Assembly: GCA_913043225.1 (NCBI GenBank)
Contig: CAJWLU010000008.1
Span: 76,909-140,908, forward strand
Direction: 5' to 3'
Origin: an uncultured Acidobacteriota bacterium
GTDB lineage: Bacteria > Acidobacteriota > Vicinamibacteria > Vicinamibacterales > UBA8438
Length of the DNA stretch: 64,000 bases
Below are positions 61,884 through 64,000 of the stretch, piece after piece. The notes under the pieces were generated by a model that saw only the letters and a program-made list of their open reading frames with translations, did no database searches and was not told the origin of the DNA. Made by a program: the position numbers and the translations under genes. Numbering within the stretch: the first letter of the stretch is position 1; each line of letters opens with the position of its first letter.

Positions 61884-63926
61884 TTAGTTCGCCGTCGGCA
61901 CGAACCAGATCGGCGACGACCAGGCCCGTTCCTGCAGTGTCGGATGCAGATTCGGGTTTGGCGGGACGCCAGCCCGCACGGCATCCCAGGTCGACCATCG
62001 GCAGGTCGGATTCTCCAGTACGCGGACGTAGTAGAACGCGCGATGGGCTGGGTCGAAGTCTGGATCGCGCCAGACGGTCTTCAACTCGCCGGCGCCGAGT
62101 CCGGGTGCGATCGAACAGTCAGTGAGATCTACCGAGGCGCCGTTGTCCGGACAGCGGTGGGTGGCTGGATTGACGTTTCCACTGTCGGCGCATGCCACAT
62201 CGTAGACCTGCTCGTGATGAGCGCCATCGATCGTCCAGCCTTTGACGATCTGGAGGCGTTGGAGTGCCGCTGACGCGGGATCACGCGTCGCCCAGGCGAT
62301 GAAGGTGGGGCTCGTGTCGTCGGCGCCCAAGAGTTCGCCGCCCATGCTGACTCCCCGCGTATAGGCTTCCTCCAAGAGAGCGGCCTGTGTCAGCAGCGTG
62401 TCGTCGAATCCGTAACCCCCAAACAGGCGTACCGTTATCCGCGGGCCGGAGGTGGCGAATGTTTCCTTGCGCCTGAACGCCCGGTAGATGGCGTCCCGCG
62501 TGTTCTCCTCGGCCCATACCCCGGTGAGGCCGCTTGCGCTCCAGGTTTCGTAGCCGCCGGTTGCATAGTCCCGTCCCTCGACCTCCTCGACCCGCAGCCG
62601 GCCTGCCTCTTCGACCAGTGCCGCGATGTCTGGAGTGAGCGGCACTGATCCCCGGAGGTCTGGGCGGCCATCGAGAATGCCGACCTTGCCAAAGTAGGTC
62701 TCTTCATCGAGCGGAGCAGCTCCCGTGTGGTTGTCCGAGGCTCCGACGAACCCGAACCGATACGGATTGACGGTTCCCTGGTCGGCCAGTCTGAGCCCAT
62801 TCAACAGCGCCTCGCGGGCGTAGGAGCCGCTCGGCTGGCTGGGGAGCGAGGTACCGACCCGGTAGGGCATCAATTCGAAGTCTGCCCATTCGTCGTTGTC
62901 GGAAAGAAGCGGGTGGGTTTCGGAGGTGCCCTTGATCTGGGTCAGCTCGACCAGGGGTTCATTCCGAATCCGTCTCGCGGCCGACCCGTCGTCGAGCGGG
63001 TTGCCCGCCCAGTCCTCCAGCGTGAACATCTGGCCGTTCGAACCGTTCGAGTTGTGGGGAATGGCCAACGCCTCGATGCCCTGGGCGCGCAACCGGTCCA
63101 TCCAGTCCCACAGCCCTTCTGGATTCTGGCTGTGCAGGCGCGAGAACGGCAGCGCTGGTAGACGATCCGCGTCACGGAAGATGACGTTTCGGTGCAGGTT
63201 GCCGCGCTCGTCGGTCGACGAGGTGTACTCGTAGGCCACAAAGGTAGTGAAGCGTCCGGGCTGATTGTGCCGCCGTGCGGCGCCGACGATGTCGGCCCAC
63301 GCGTTGCGGGCCACGTCATTCACCATTCCGATGTCGATGCTGCCGTCCGCGACGCCAGTGCGCGTCTGCGGAATAAACCCGCGGAAGGCGGACACGCGTT
63401 CCACAAGACCGTCTGTCGTCCGGTTTTCCGGGGCATTGAAAAAATGAAGGTCCTCGGCATGGGGGAGCTGGCCAAACGGTGTCGAAGGGTCCGCCGCCTG
63501 GGCCACTCCGCCGAGGAACTGGGCGTGGTCCGTCACGGCATAGAAGTCGAGCGGGGTGCGCAACCGAACCTCGTATCCGGCTGGGTGTTCGATCGGTTCC
63601 CCTTGCGCGAAGCGATACGCATCGTCCGGGGTCGCCACGGTTCCGAACGCGAACGCATCGAACGAGTAGGTCGTGTGTACGTGGAGGTCGCCGAAGAAGG
63701 CGGTCCGAGTCGCATTTGCGGCGGCGTCAGCCACGATCACGCCAGGTGGCATCGCCAGCTCGGGGGGGCGCGCGGGCGTCTCGTTTGTGGCGGGCGCCTG
63801 AGCGGGGGTCTCACGTGACGGGTTTTGGCTCGTGTCTCCACAAGCGCCGGTGGCGAGTAACACCAGCCACAGTCCCGCACCGCACCAGGGAGGCTCGTTC
63901 GTATGTCGGCTCACCGAGCTCCTCAT
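61884..63926 (-). CDS. DUF3604 domain lipoprotein (PHP-like metal site)
   Basis: FFGDLHVHTTYSFDA, AVTDHA, NLHRNVIF, IPHNSNGSNG, QERAWSSPIW. Confidence 0.92.
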   Translation of the reverse strand: MRSSVSRHTNEPPWCGAGLWLVLLATGACGDTSQNPSRETPAQAPATNETPARPPELAMPPGVIVADAAANATRTAFFGDLHVHTTYSFDAFAFGTVATPDDAYRFAQGEPIEHPAGYEVRLRTPLDFYAVTDHAQFLGGVAQAADPSTPFGQLPHAEDLHFFNAPENRTTDGLVERVSAFRGFIPQTRTGVADGSIDIGMVNDVARNAWADIVGAARRHNQPGRFTTFVAYEYTSSTDERGNLHRNVIFRDADRLPALPFSRLHSQNPEGLWDWMDRLRAQGIEALAIPHNSNGSNGQMFTLEDWAGNPLDDGSAARRIRNEPLVELTQIKGTSETHPLLSDNDEWADFELMPYRVGTSLPSQPSGSYAREALLNGLRLADQGTVNPYRFGFVGASDNHTGAAPLDEETYFGKVGILDGRPDLRGSVPLTPDIAALVEEAGRLRVEEVEGRDYATGGYETWSASGLTGVWAEENTRDAIYRAFRRKETFATSGPRITVRLFGGYGFDDTLLTQAALLEEAYTRGVSMGGELLGADDTSPTFIAWATRDPASAALQRLQIVKGWTIDGAHHEQVYDVACADSGNVNPATHRCPDNGASVDLTDCSIAPGLGAGELKTVWRDPDFDPAHRAFYYVRVLENPTCRWSTWDAVRAGVPPNPNLHPTLQERAWSSPIWFVPTAN

Positions 63927-63943
63927 TCGGTAGATCGTAGGAC

Positions 63944-63981
63944 AAAAAGAAACGCCGGTGGGAGCAAGCTCCCACCGGCGT
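63944..63981 (-). terminator. Intrinsic terminator of a minus-strand gene lying beyond the window
   Basis: acgccggtgggagc-aa-gctcccaccggcgt with an A-rich tract on its left. Confidence 0.8.
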
Positions 63982-64000
63982 AAAGGTCAGACGCGATGCT

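Noticed and set aside
1..64000. CRISPR array, tRNA, rRNA, IS or prophage
   Set aside because: No regularly spaced repeats, RNA gene signatures, transposase, integrase or phage genes seen. Repeated gacaacgacgg-like strings are FG-GAP coding repeats.

Overview
GC-rich bacterial window, densely coding, most likely Acidobacteriota (Vicinamibacteria-like). The taxonomy is inferred from gene families: acidobacterial VWA-like proteins, a carboxypeptidase-regulatory-domain TonB-dependent receptor, DUF1592/DUF1552 and DUF1549-DUF1553/DUF1501 modules, CRTAC1/ASPIC-UnbV proteins and 'ACHEGNY' hypothetical proteins. No rRNA, tRNA, CRISPR array or mobile element was found. Most products carry export signals, and I count 19 CxxCH heme-binding motifs. 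Main content: (i) four closely related DUF1592-type di-heme proteins with an invariant heme-1 segment and hypervariable loops, three of them clustered with an old yellow enzyme, two exported VOC proteins and an SDR; (ii) a TPR / VWA-like / TonB receptor / three CRTAC1 / heptaheme cytochrome cluster; (iii) a heterodimeric ABC exporter, a PQQ-type propeller, a TetR regulator and a DUF1549-1553/DUF1501 pair; (iv) a canonical DUF1592-DUF1552 pair facing an operon of exported ADP-ribosylglycohydrolase-family protein, ribose-type ABC transporter and ankyrin protein; (v) a penicillin-acylase-family protein and a DUF3604 protein. Four intergenic spaces contain recognisable gene remnants, pointing to recent deletion or erosion. 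All family assignments come from motif recognition by eye, not database searches.
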